Assembly (NCBI GenBank): GCA_040380225.1
Contig: JBEIJN010000001.1
Span: forward strand, 50,345 to 114,344
Reading direction: 5' to 3'
Source of the DNA: Verrucomicrobiia bacterium
GTDB lineage: Bacteria; Verrucomicrobiota; Verrucomicrobiia; Chthoniobacterales; UBA6821
Length of the DNA: 64,000 nt
Both the position numbers and the translations under genes were made by a program. The stretch's first letter is position 1, and each line of letters begins with the position of its first letter. This document shows, in pieces, positions 46,598-55,001 of the stretch. The notes under the pieces were generated by a model. It made no database searches, had not been told where the DNA came from, and saw only the letters and a program-made list of their open reading frames with translations.

Positions 46598-47982
46598 AAG
46601 GAAAAAACAGCAAAGCGCATCCTGTGGGTGCAAGCCGGACGGCGATGCTCATCGGCGCGGTCGCGGCCCTGACGGCGCTACGCATCTCGGTGGCCACCGA
46701 CGGTGCGTTCAACGAGAACGAGGCGTTCCTCTCCCTCTGCGCGGCTCATCCGGCCGGAGCCTACATCGAGGGGGCAGCGGGCGTGCCGCTACTGTTGGCG
46801 CTTCTCAAGACTCTTGGGATCTCCGGGGTCGTGGCGCTCCGCTGGATTTCGCCTCTGGCCGCCCTGCCTCTCTCCTGGGCTGTCTGGTGGATCGGGCGTC
46901 GAGTGGCACCCCATCGTCACGCCGTGGCCCTTTGGGCCGTGCTCGGGGTGAATCTTCTTCCTCCCGTCACCTTGGCATCACTCGTCATGAATGGAGCCAT
47001 GATCATGGCCACACTTCTCCTGCTTTCCGTGGTGGCAGGATGGCATGCCGCCCTCGCCCGGGGAGCTGCCACCGTCGGGGCGTGGGCTCTCTTTGGCGTC
47101 ACACTGGCCGTGAGCACCCTCTTCTGGCAACCGGTGGGCTGGTTACTGCCCGTTGCCGCGGCATTCCGCTTTCTGAATGAGGGCGTGAAGGGTTTTCCCT
47201 GGAAGGGATTGGTTGCCGCGTTCGGACTGCTCCTGATCGGCTGGATCGCTCCCTTGGGTTGGAACGCCCGTCACGACTGGGTGGGTTGGAGCAGTGTCGC
47301 CGCCGGATTCGATGCCATCACGATCGGTTCCCGCTCCCTGTCGCTCGGCCTTCTTGTCGCTCTTTGCGGCGTGATTACCCCGTTTCTCGTTCGTCTGGCT
47401 TATGTCGCGCGCGGATGGGCTGTCGCTGTCGTCCTCTTCGGAGGGGTGATGGCATTGGGAAGCGGCTTGATGATGCTGGCACCCTCGGTCATTCCTTCCG
47501 GCCTTCCCTCGCCGGTCGGTGTGCAGGGGATCGGTGACATTGCGGAGGAGGTTCTCTCCCTGCGCAAGGCGCGTCCGGACGCCAAGAGTGAACGCTCCTT
47601 CCTGATCGCCTCCACGCCCGGGCTCGCCGCGCTCCTGGGATCGAGGATCACCATCGATTATCCGGAGCGTCCCGGCGCACCTTCGGTTTTTGCCGCCGAG
47701 TCACCCAGTCTCAACAGCTCCTATGCACTCTGGCCCTCCTATCCCGATGCCGTGGCCGCGGGTGTGGTCGACACTCTCTACACCGAGGAGAAATCAGCCA
47801 GTCCTTTCCTCGGACGGAATGCACTCTACATCACCACCGAGACCAAGGAGGAGCTGCCCCAGACCATCACCGGGGCCTTCGGTGCGGTGGGATTGCTCAA
47901 AGAGCTTCCCCTGAATTGGAACGGGCGCACGGTCACCATCCGCATTTATCAGTGCGAAGAGTACCGCACTCTTTCCCTTTGA
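46594..47982 (+). CDS. GT-C fold glycosyltransferase (ArnT/PMT family 39-like)
   Basis: Multi-TM N-terminal half with DGAFNENEAF loop and a soluble C-domain; ATG 46594 overlaps the PAP2 stop (ATGA). Confidence 0.65.
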   Translation: MKGKNSKAHPVGASRTAMLIGAVAALTALRISVATDGAFNENEAFLSLCAAHPAGAYIEGAAGVPLLLALLKTLGISGVVALRWISPLAALPLSWAVWWIGRRVAPHRHAVALWAVLGVNLLPPVTLASLVMNGAMIMATLLLLSVVAGWHAALARGAATVGAWALFGVTLAVSTLFWQPVGWLLPVAAAFRFLNEGVKGFPWKGLVAAFGLLLIGWIAPLGWNARHDWVGWSSVAAGFDAITIGSRSLSLGLLVALCGVITPFLVRLAYVARGWAVAVVLFGGVMALGSGLMMLAPSVIPSGLPSPVGVQGIGDIAEEVLSLRKARPDAKSERSFLIASTPGLAALLGSRITIDYPERPGAPSVFAAESPSLNSSYALWPSYPDAVAAGVVDTLYTEEKSASPFLGRNALYITTETKEELPQTITGAFGAVGLLKELPLNWNGRTVTIRIYQCEEYRTLSL

Positions 47983-48519
47983 TTGTTGAAGGGACCGCAA
48001 TCTTGGCGGATAGCGTTGTTGGTCTGCGCTCGCAGTAGATGAACTACAGCTTCGCTTGCCCGCCTAGCTCTCCATCCAAGCTTGCGTTCCTTGGGATGCC
48101 ATTTGATTAGAGGTTTTCCCTTCGCCCGATCCGCCTTGCCATAGCATCAAAATCCCTGCGCCTTGATCAGGTTGAGAGGATCTGGAATGTCTACGTATGA
48201 AGTCACCATACACTGAATTGATGGCTCAGTTGTTTTTTTTGGAGCGGTATCCTCAGTCTACCCTTGTTCGGCGTCGAAAGGGAAAGTTGCCACCTCCGCA
48301 ACCAAATGATTGAGCGGGGATAACAGCTTCTCAGTTGAGGCTTGGAAGTTTGGATGCGGCAGTAGGCCGCCAAGCGAAGCTGATTCAGAAGGCTATTGCC
48401 TCGCCGTCTCCCGACGGCCTCGCCCCTAAGGAGCTGTGCTACGCACAGGCTACTCCGTGTTTCCCGGCACTCGGCGTTGCGAGTGCAGGCGAACACCCTG
48501 CGGCGCGAAAATCCCAAGC

Positions 48520-48972
48520 CTATCCCCGCCGCCTGATCGTGATGCGCTTGAGCTTCGCCTCGATCTGCTGACTCTCGGTTTCCAGTTGGGCATCCTCCCG
48601 GAAGGCGTTGTGGACGAGCCTGCGGTCGTAGGAATTGAGCGGTTCGGTCTCGATGGGGCGTCCGTTTTCGCGGACGGCACCGGCCAATTGATGGATGCGC
48701 TGAAGGAAGGCGTCATCGCGCATGGAGCGGTGGTGCTCGACATCCACCACGACGCGGGGAGCCTCGCGGTTCTGCGAGACGAGGATGCGGTTGAGCAGGA
48801 ACTGGAGGCTCTCCAGGGTCTCGTCGCGCCGACCGATCAGCCGCTCGGGTTCGTTCGTGCGGATCTGGAGGATGAGGTGTCCGTCACGAAGCTGCTCCTC
48901 GATCTCCGCGACGAAGCCGAGATGGCCGAGGATGGTGTCCAGAACTTCGCGGGGAGTTTGTGTCTGGTTCAT
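48520..48972 (-). CDS. jag: Jag/KhpB-like KH-R3H RNA-binding protein
   Basis: R3H motif LNSYDRRLVHNAF; located downstream of yidC. Confidence 0.8.
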   Translation of the reverse strand: MNQTQTPREVLDTILGHLGFVAEIEEQLRDGHLILQIRTNEPERLIGRRDETLESLQFLLNRILVSQNREAPRVVVDVEHHRSMRDDAFLQRIHQLAGAVRENGRPIETEPLNSYDRRLVHNAFREDAQLETESQQIEAKLKRITIRRRG

Positions 48973-48996
48973 CGCTCGCGGGGGAGGGGGTGAGGT

Positions 48997-50811
48997 TCAG
49001 CGTTTTTTTCCGGAACCGCTTCCGCCGTTACCCTTGCCTTTGGAGGGCTTCGACGGGGTCGTTACCTTCTCGAGGGTGGGGAGTGGCTGGTTGCGGGTCC
49101 AGTACAGCTGAACGATGGAGAAGATGTTCTGAGTTGTCCAGTAGAGGGCGAGGCCGGAGGCGTAATTGTAGCAGAAGGTGAGGAAGATCACCGGCATGAA
49201 GTACATGATCCTCTGTTGGGCGGCATCGCCGCTCTTCGGGGAGATCGCCATCTGCCAGACCATGGTGCCGGCCATGATGATGGGGAGGAGATTGATCGGG
49301 AATCCGAGCACATCGACGATCGTGTCGGGCTGGGAGAGATCCTTGATCCAGAGGAAGTGGCTGTTGCGCAGCTCGATGGCGCTTCCGAGCATGGAGTAGA
49401 AGCCGAAGAAAATCGGGATCTGGACGAGCATCGGGAGGCAGCCGCCGAAGGGATTCACCCCGTATTGTTTGTAGAGCTTCATGAGCTCCTCGTTCATCTT
49501 GGTCGGATCGTCCTTATACTTCTCGCGAAGTTCGGTCATCTTCGGCGAGAGAAGCTGCATCCGCTTCATGGAGTCGGTCGCCTTGTTCTGGAGGGGCCAG
49601 AGGGCCGCCTTGATCAGGATGGTCAGGATGATGATCGCGGCGGCGAAGCTGCCGACATAGTGCTGGATCGAGTTCATCGCCCAGAGAAGGAACTCCGAAA
49701 CGAGATGGAACATTCCGAAGTTCATCACTTTCTGCTGCTCTCCGCCGATCTTGCTCAGGCCGGTGAAGTCCTTAGGACCTGCATAGATGGAGTAGCTGCG
49801 GGTGACGGTCTCCCCGGGGGCCAAGGTGATCGGTCCGGTGCCAATGCCGCCGGTGATGCCGTAGACCGGCTGTCCCGCATGGGATTGCGCCTCATAACGG
49901 CGGGCCCAGACACCGCTGCCGGCCTGCTCCTTGGCAGGAGTCACGATGGTGCAGAAATACTGACTGGTCACCGAGGCCCACTGGATTCCCGATTCGGGTT
50001 GGCTGTAGAGATCCTTTGCAGGATGGGTCTGGATCCCGATGAGGGGGATCTTTCCAGCCTCGAACCAGTTCACGTCGATGGAGGTCATCTTCCCGTCGCG
50101 CAGCCAGTTGAAGCAGGTGTAGGTGGGGAGGTCGTTGATGTGGACGGGCGCCTCGCCCCCGGCCGCGATGAAGTAACCGGGGAGGGAGAGTGGTGTGTTT
50201 CCCGCGTTCTTGAAGGAGAGCTCCAGGCCGATCTGGTATTCCTCCGGGGAGCCGACGCTGCCGGGCAGGGTGAACTTCTTGGTGATCGAGAGACCTCCCG
50301 GAACGGAGAGGCTGAAGCTGGAGATGCCGCGGTTCTTGTCGGCATTCATCGTGAAGCCGCCTATCGCGTTTCCGTTGGCATCGCAGAGGGCCCCGATCGG
50401 CATGCCTGAGTCCTTGTTCAGGAATAGGCTCTGATCATGGGCTCCGAGGTGGAGGAACAGGGTGACTGCCTCGATGCCGCCCGTATTGGCCGCAAAGAGA
50501 TACTCGGCGCGGCTGGTATCGATGGTCTCGCGCTTCGCGGAGATCTCGGGAATGGCGGGGGTGGATCCCGCGGAGGCAGTCGGGGCGGCAACGGGTGAGG
50601 GGAGCAGTGCCGTCGGAGGAAGCACGGTCGTCTTGGCGGCCGGAACCGGGGTCGGGGAGGGGGTGGCGGTGGCCGATTTTGCCTTGGCCTCTTTCTGGAG
50701 GGCAGCCTGCTGCGCGATGTAGGGGGCGTAGGTCTTGGAGTAGTAATACTGCCAGCCGACAAGTCCTGCGACGGAGAGGGCGATGGCGATCCAGGTGGTG
50801 CGGTCGAACAT
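48997..50811 (-). CDS. yidC: membrane protein insertase YidC
   Basis: N-terminal TM, large periplasmic domain, conserved core (PFGGCLPMLVQIPIFFGFY); 604 aa. Confidence 0.95.
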   Translation of the reverse strand: MFDRTTWIAIALSVAGLVGWQYYYSKTYAPYIAQQAALQKEAKAKSATATPSPTPVPAAKTTVLPPTALLPSPVAAPTASAGSTPAIPEISAKRETIDTSRAEYLFAANTGGIEAVTLFLHLGAHDQSLFLNKDSGMPIGALCDANGNAIGGFTMNADKNRGISSFSLSVPGGLSITKKFTLPGSVGSPEEYQIGLELSFKNAGNTPLSLPGYFIAAGGEAPVHINDLPTYTCFNWLRDGKMTSIDVNWFEAGKIPLIGIQTHPAKDLYSQPESGIQWASVTSQYFCTIVTPAKEQAGSGVWARRYEAQSHAGQPVYGITGGIGTGPITLAPGETVTRSYSIYAGPKDFTGLSKIGGEQQKVMNFGMFHLVSEFLLWAMNSIQHYVGSFAAAIIILTILIKAALWPLQNKATDSMKRMQLLSPKMTELREKYKDDPTKMNEELMKLYKQYGVNPFGGCLPMLVQIPIFFGFYSMLGSAIELRNSHFLWIKDLSQPDTIVDVLGFPINLLPIIMAGTMVWQMAISPKSGDAAQQRIMYFMPVIFLTFCYNYASGLALYWTTQNIFSIVQLYWTRNQPLPTLEKVTTPSKPSKGKGNGGSGSGKKR

Positions 50812-50873
50812 GGGAAAGAAGTGAAGGTGAAAAAGTGAAAAGTGAAAGGGTGGACAGTAACTTGGCTCAGGTT

Positions 50874-51131
50874 TCAGGTATCAAGTTTCAGGTTTCTAAA
50901 TTCCGGCACGGGGTCAAAGCCGCCGTCGCCCCACGGGTGGCACTTGCCGATGCGGCGCAGGGAGAGGAGTGACCCGCGGAGGGAACCGTGTGTCTCCAGC
51001 GCCTCCAGGGTGTAGGCGGAGCAACTCGGGTGAAAACGGCATCCGCACCCGGTGCCACCCGTCAGAGCGTGGAGCAGTGGCGAGAGAATCCAACGGTAGA
51101 GATGAACCGGAATGCGAAGGAGAAAGGACAT
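50874..51131 (-). CDS. yidD: membrane protein insertion efficiency factor YidD
   Basis: [19 protein letters not shown] motif; 85 aa. Confidence 0.9.
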   Translation of the reverse strand: MSFLLRIPVHLYRWILSPLLHALTGGTGCGCRFHPSCSAYTLEALETHGSLRGSLLSLRRIGKCHPWGDGGFDPVPEFRNLKLDT

Positions 51132-51164
51132 GAACAGGTCGAAAGGTGTCTTATGAGAACAAGC

Positions 51165-51578
51165 TCATGAGTCGGCGAAAATAGAGAGACGCTTGCCAAG
51201 ACGCAACCATTCCGAGCGGAGTGCCTCCGTCTTTGCGGTTGCGGCAGGCGGCTTTGCCGTGATCACGAGCCAGAGGCCCCGTTTCAGGGAGGGGAGTTGG
51301 TGGCGGAAAATATCCCTGAGGCGCCTCTTGACCCGGTTCCTGACGACAGCCGATCCGACCCTCCGGGAGACAACGACCGCACCCTGCGTGTCCGTTCCGT
51401 CGGTGACCATCACCCCCATGCGGAGGAATGTCCCGTGAAAAGAAAGGCCCGCGGAGCGGACCTTTGCATGCTGGTATCCCGAACGAAGCCGCGCGGAACG
51501 CGGCAGCGTGAGACTAGGCCTGGGTGTGGCGGGCGTAATGGACCTCGACCCCCTTCGGGAGAAGGCGCTTGCGGCCAC
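51165..51578 (-). CDS. rnpA: ribonuclease P protein component (start uncertain)
   Basis: RNR motif [15 protein letters not shown]; the only canonical in-frame start upstream of the LPRSARL region is GTG 51578, which overlaps rpmH. Confidence 0.8.
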   Translation of the reverse strand: MAASAFSRRGSRSITPATPRPSLTLPRSARLRSGYQHAKVRSAGLSFHGTFLRMGVMVTDGTDTQGAVVVSRRVGSAVVRNRVKRRLRDIFRHQLPSLKRGLWLVITAKPPAATAKTEALRSEWLRLGKRLSIFADS

Positions 51579-51687
51579 GCTGACGACGGCGGCTCAGGAT
51601 GGCGCGACCGCCTTTGGTCTGCATGCGTGCACGGAAGCCGAACTGGCGTTTGCGCGTGCGCTTGGAAGGTTGGTAGGTGCGCTTCAT
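51514..51687 (-). CDS. rpmH: 50S ribosomal protein L34 with 13-aa C-terminal extension (absent from ORF track)
   Basis: Hand translation [57 protein letters not shown]. Confidence 0.9.
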   Translation of the reverse strand: MKRTYQPSKRTRKRQFGFRARMQTKGGRAILSRRRQRGRKRLLPKGVEVHYARHTQA

Positions 51688-51863
51688 GTCGTAAAAATCT
51701 TTTAAGGAATCGGGTCGGAGAGAATGTCCGGAAGGCCGGGTAGTGTCAATGGAGGAATTGGAGGGAAGTGATTTTTTAGGAATCCTATTGCTCCTGCCGC
51801 GGTTTCATCCTAGCTTCTCCGCTCCACCAAGGAACCGGCTTCGGTTCCCTTGATGCAACGCTT

Positions 51864-51939
51864 GGGGTCATAGCTCAGTTGGTAGAGCGCCTCAATGGCA
51901 TTGAGGAGGTCTGGGGTTCGAATCCCCATGGCTCCACCA
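51864..51939 (+). tRNA. tRNA-Ala (anticodon GGC), CCA encoded
   Basis: 76 nt; acceptor GGGGTCA/TGGCTCC with the G3:U70 Ala identity pair; anticodon loop ATGGCAT; T-loop GGTTCGAATCC. Confidence 0.95.
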
Positions 51940-52244
51940 AGCGTTTCACTTTACAGCGTAAAGGGAAAAGAGTGGGGGGAACCCACTGCGGGTTCGAACC
52001 TTGGTTTGATTCGCTCGCGCCCGCTCGGCTCACCCTTTGGGTCCCGCATGGCGGGATCTATCCGGGCCTTTCCCAAGGCCACGTATTGACTGCCATGCCG
52101 CGATCAGCGGCATTTGATTTATCCGCAGGGACACTGCAGAGCCTTCGCGTAGCGAAGGATAATTGCCGCCCTTGCTCACGCAAGTGGCGCCCTCCGGACT
52201 GCTCTGCGAGCAGGCTATCCCGGCGGTTCCCACCGCCCGGTATT

Positions 52245-52267
52245 CCCATGGCTCCACCAAGCGTTTC
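52245..52267 (+). repeat. 23-bp direct duplicate of the tRNA-Ala 3' end plus 8 downstream nt (att-like)
   Basis: CCCATGGCTCCACCAAGCGTTTC is identical at 51925-51947 and 52245-52267. Confidence 0.9.
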
Positions 52268-52766
52268 TTGGATGATCCCAAAATTGTATTAGGGACGGGA
52301 TGTCCGAATGATTTTATCAGGAAAACAGGAAATCAGGAACAATAGTCAGGAGATCACTCCTGAAAAAGTTTCTCCGATCTTGGGGCTCCTATTTTGACCA
52401 TCTCCACAGGGCCACTAGATCCGAGGAGGATCCAAGAAGGGAAGTGATATGACGCAGGCAGTGGACCAAGAGATAAGTGCTCTGGCTCGAACGACCGCCG
52501 TTTCCCCTCCTGTCTTCCTGCTTTCTGATTCAAAAATCTCACTGCTTTTCTGTGCGCCCTCTCAGGTCACAGGGCTCGGTGGTGAAAATACCCACGGAAG
52601 CACACTCAGAATAGGGAAGAGCCCATCTTTTTAAAACGGTTGCCTGGCACCACCCCGGTGAGAGCTCCAGATCTGTTGTCATGTTTCCGTTGCATCATTT
52701 GGGATGAAGCATCCATGAAAGGGTTCCCCGGGAATCGCCTGATTCAAAGATAAGCGATTTGCTTAG

Positions 52767-54317
52767 ATGGGGTTCTTTGTTAACGGTTCAATGACGTGTT
52801 GTTATGTCCCAATGGCAATGCCAAGGAGCAGGTATTCCAAAATCATAAGGACTACCTTTTTTGCGGTGCTGATCCTTTTTCTCGGGGTCGGGGCCCTCGC
52901 CCTCTCCTCGTTCTGGAAGGATTATTTGCAGTATCACATCGGGAAACTCTCCGAGGACTCCAGGGTGATTTCCCGTGAGGTGGCGGATTCCCTGAGTGAC
53001 TCCAGCCTGCTGCTGGACTTCATCAGGGAGCGACTGGGTAAGGACTTCTCACTTTCACGGGAAGACCCCGCCTCGCTTCATCGTCTCCTCGTGGAGAGCC
53101 GCAAGGAGGTCCAGCGCTGGCATGAGATTGCTCATCTCGGATTGACGATTGTTATCAATCCCTCGGGAAGGGTTGTGGATTGGAACGGGCCGTACGAGGG
53201 ATCCCACACCGACCTGGCCGACCGGGATTTTTTCAAGGCCATCAAGGCCGACCCCGCTCTCCCTTGCGCGATCAACGGACTGCTGCTGGGCCGGACAAGC
53301 GGGAGGCCGACTTATCAGATCGCGATCCCCGTGAGGAATTCCCGGGGAGACTTGGGGTGCGTTCTCTCCCAGCAGGTCGATGCCCGGGAAATGGAACAAT
53401 CGATCAGTGAGATCTTGGGGGATTACCCTTCGCGGGTCGTGGTTCGGACATCCGATGGGGTTATGCTTATGCAGTATCCACTGCTGCCGATTCCGAGCGA
53501 GACATGCCCGCCGCTCAAGCGGTCGCTCATCGAGAAAGGGGAGGAGGTGGCGGATGGCGGCACCTCGGGGATTGTCCGGGTTCCGGCGGGAAGCAAGGGC
53601 TTTGCGGAAACGACCTATGTGGCCGTCGTCGAGGACGCCAGGCACGGAATCTCCACGGAGGTGATGATTCCCGAGAAGACGATCATCTCCATGTTCCTGA
53701 AGAAGAACCTCAACTTCCTGATGGTGATGATGATGGGGGTGGTGGTCATCTTTGGGCTCTTTTACGGACTATGCCTCGGGGGACAAAAACTGGAATGCGC
53801 CATCCGGGAGACGACCACGGATCACCACACCGGGATCAGTAACCGGAGGGGGTTTGAAAACGAGTTGGAGCGGTTGATGAATCATGAACGGCGGGAGAGC
53901 AAACCGCTGACGCTTCTCTTCATGGACATTGATCACTTCAAGTCATTCAACGACAACTGGGGGCACGATGTCGGGGACGATGTGCTCAAGGGGGTTGCCG
54001 ACTGCATCCAGGAGGCTTTGCGGAGGCCTCTGGATTATTGCTGCCGCTGGGGCGGTGAGGAATTTGCGATGGTCCTGCCGGATACCTCCGTGGAGGAGGG
54101 TGTGGAGATTGCCAACAAGTTGATGGATTGTGTCGGGGCTCTATCGATCTACGCACTCAGGAACACGCCGCATTCACCAATCACGCTCAGCATCGGGATT
54201 GCGCCGATGACTCTCGCCGGGATCCAGACACCGGCGGAGTTGATCAAGGAAGCTGATCGTGCGCTACTGCGCGCCAAGACCGAAGGCCGGAACCGCGTGG
54301 TGGTGGGGCAGAGTTAG
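52767..54317 (+). CDS. diguanylate cyclase with N-terminal TM and periplasmic Cache-like sensor
   Basis: GGDEF domain (RWGGEEFAMVLP, HTGISNRRGF); 516 aa; start may be an internal Met. Confidence 0.9.
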   Translation: MGFFVNGSMTCCYVPMAMPRSRYSKIIRTTFFAVLILFLGVGALALSSFWKDYLQYHIGKLSEDSRVISREVADSLSDSSLLLDFIRERLGKDFSLSREDPASLHRLLVESRKEVQRWHEIAHLGLTIVINPSGRVVDWNGPYEGSHTDLADRDFFKAIKADPALPCAINGLLLGRTSGRPTYQIAIPVRNSRGDLGCVLSQQVDAREMEQSISEILGDYPSRVVVRTSDGVMLMQYPLLPIPSETCPPLKRSLIEKGEEVADGGTSGIVRVPAGSKGFAETTYVAVVEDARHGISTEVMIPEKTIISMFLKKNLNFLMVMMMGVVVIFGLFYGLCLGGQKLECAIRETTTDHHTGISNRRGFENELERLMNHERRESKPLTLLFMDIDHFKSFNDNWGHDVGDDVLKGVADCIQEALRRPLDYCCRWGGEEFAMVLPDTSVEEGVEIANKLMDCVGALSIYALRNTPHSPITLSIGIAPMTLAGIQTPAELIKEADRALLRAKTEGRNRVVVGQS

Positions 54318-54337
54318 GGCTTCGATCAAGACAAGGA

Positions 54338-54371
54338 CTCGCGCAGAGACGCAGGGGCGCAGAGGAAAAAA
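54338..54371. repeat. CTCTGCG-family REP-like unit (reverse orientation)
   Basis: CTCGCGCAGAGACGCAGGGGCGCAGAGGAAAAAA; its reverse complement matches 24 of 28 nt of 55888-55918. Confidence 0.75.
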
Positions 54372-54460
54372 CTAAGGAAGGATTAGGGAGCCGAGAGGAT
54401 TGTTCCCATGACTCCTCTCTAATCAGAGAAGCTCAACGATTGAGCAACAGTTGAGTCCGA

Positions 54461-54991
54461 CTATTCCTTCGGGGCCTGCTTGGCCGGGGGTTTCCCTCCG
54501 CGGCGCCCGCGACCCCGTCCCCGGTTGCCATTCTTGCGAGGCTGATCTCCCTGCTCCGTCGCAGGGGTGTCCTGTGTTGAGGCGTCGTCTCTTTCCTCGG
54601 TGGGTTCCGGTGTGTCCGTTTCGGGTTCCCCGGATTCGTCATGCAGGGAGTGTTCCTGACCATCGTGGCGTTCACGGTTCTCCTGACGGTGCTGCTGACG
54701 ATCGTCGCGGCGGCCCGGTCCCAGGTGAGGCTGATTCTGCCGATGCTGTCCCTGCTGCGGTTGATGGCTACGCTCCTGCTGGGCGCGCTTGTGAAGGGCG
54801 GAGGTGAGGTCCTTGAGGGCTCCGACAAGATGGACGCCGAGATCGCCTTCGGGTTCGTGGGCCTTCTCGATGGACTCGGCAACTCCCTCGACAGCTCCGG
54901 TGAGGTGGTCGAGCGATGCCTGGATGCCCTTGAGGGAGGCGGCGATGCTTTTGAGGACTTCGGTGTGGAGATCGGATTCAGGGGTGCTCAT
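54461..54991 (-). CDS. hypothetical protein, helical N-terminus plus Q/R/E/H-rich disordered tail ending in an RGG box
   Basis: 176-aa ORF with ATG and a tandem-word leader; NGNRGRGRGRRGG near the C-terminus; no family recognised. Confidence 0.5.
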   Translation of the reverse strand: MSTPESDLHTEVLKSIAASLKGIQASLDHLTGAVEGVAESIEKAHEPEGDLGVHLVGALKDLTSALHKRAQQERSHQPQQGQHRQNQPHLGPGRRDDRQQHRQENRERHDGQEHSLHDESGEPETDTPEPTEERDDASTQDTPATEQGDQPRKNGNRGRGRGRRGGKPPAKQAPKE

Positions 54992-55001
54992 GAAAGTCGG
55001 T

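Noticed and set aside
48203-48517. 104-aa minus-strand ORF in the jag-proximal gap; also the 72-aa ORF 40754-40972 and ORFs 52354-52542 / 52449-52634
   Set aside because: They lie in repeat-rich non-coding spacers and read through repeat arms. They show atypical composition with no start context or motifs, and they overlap each other on opposite strands.
52215-52259. Second ...GGCTCCACCA end as the 3' terminus of a tmRNA or a second tRNA
   Set aside because: The candidate T-arm (GGCGG-TTCCCA-CCGCC) has a 6-nt non-canonical loop and is separated from the acceptor strand by extra nucleotides. No matching 5' acceptor strand, tag reading frame or pseudoknots are seen upstream.
51688-52766. oriC near rpmH-rnpA-yidC and parB
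   Set aside because: No dnaA gene is present and I found no cluster of TTATCCACA-like boxes; only isolated one- or two-mismatch matches exist (for example TTATCCGCA at 52119). No clear AT-rich unwinding element is seen. I cannot compute GC skew here.
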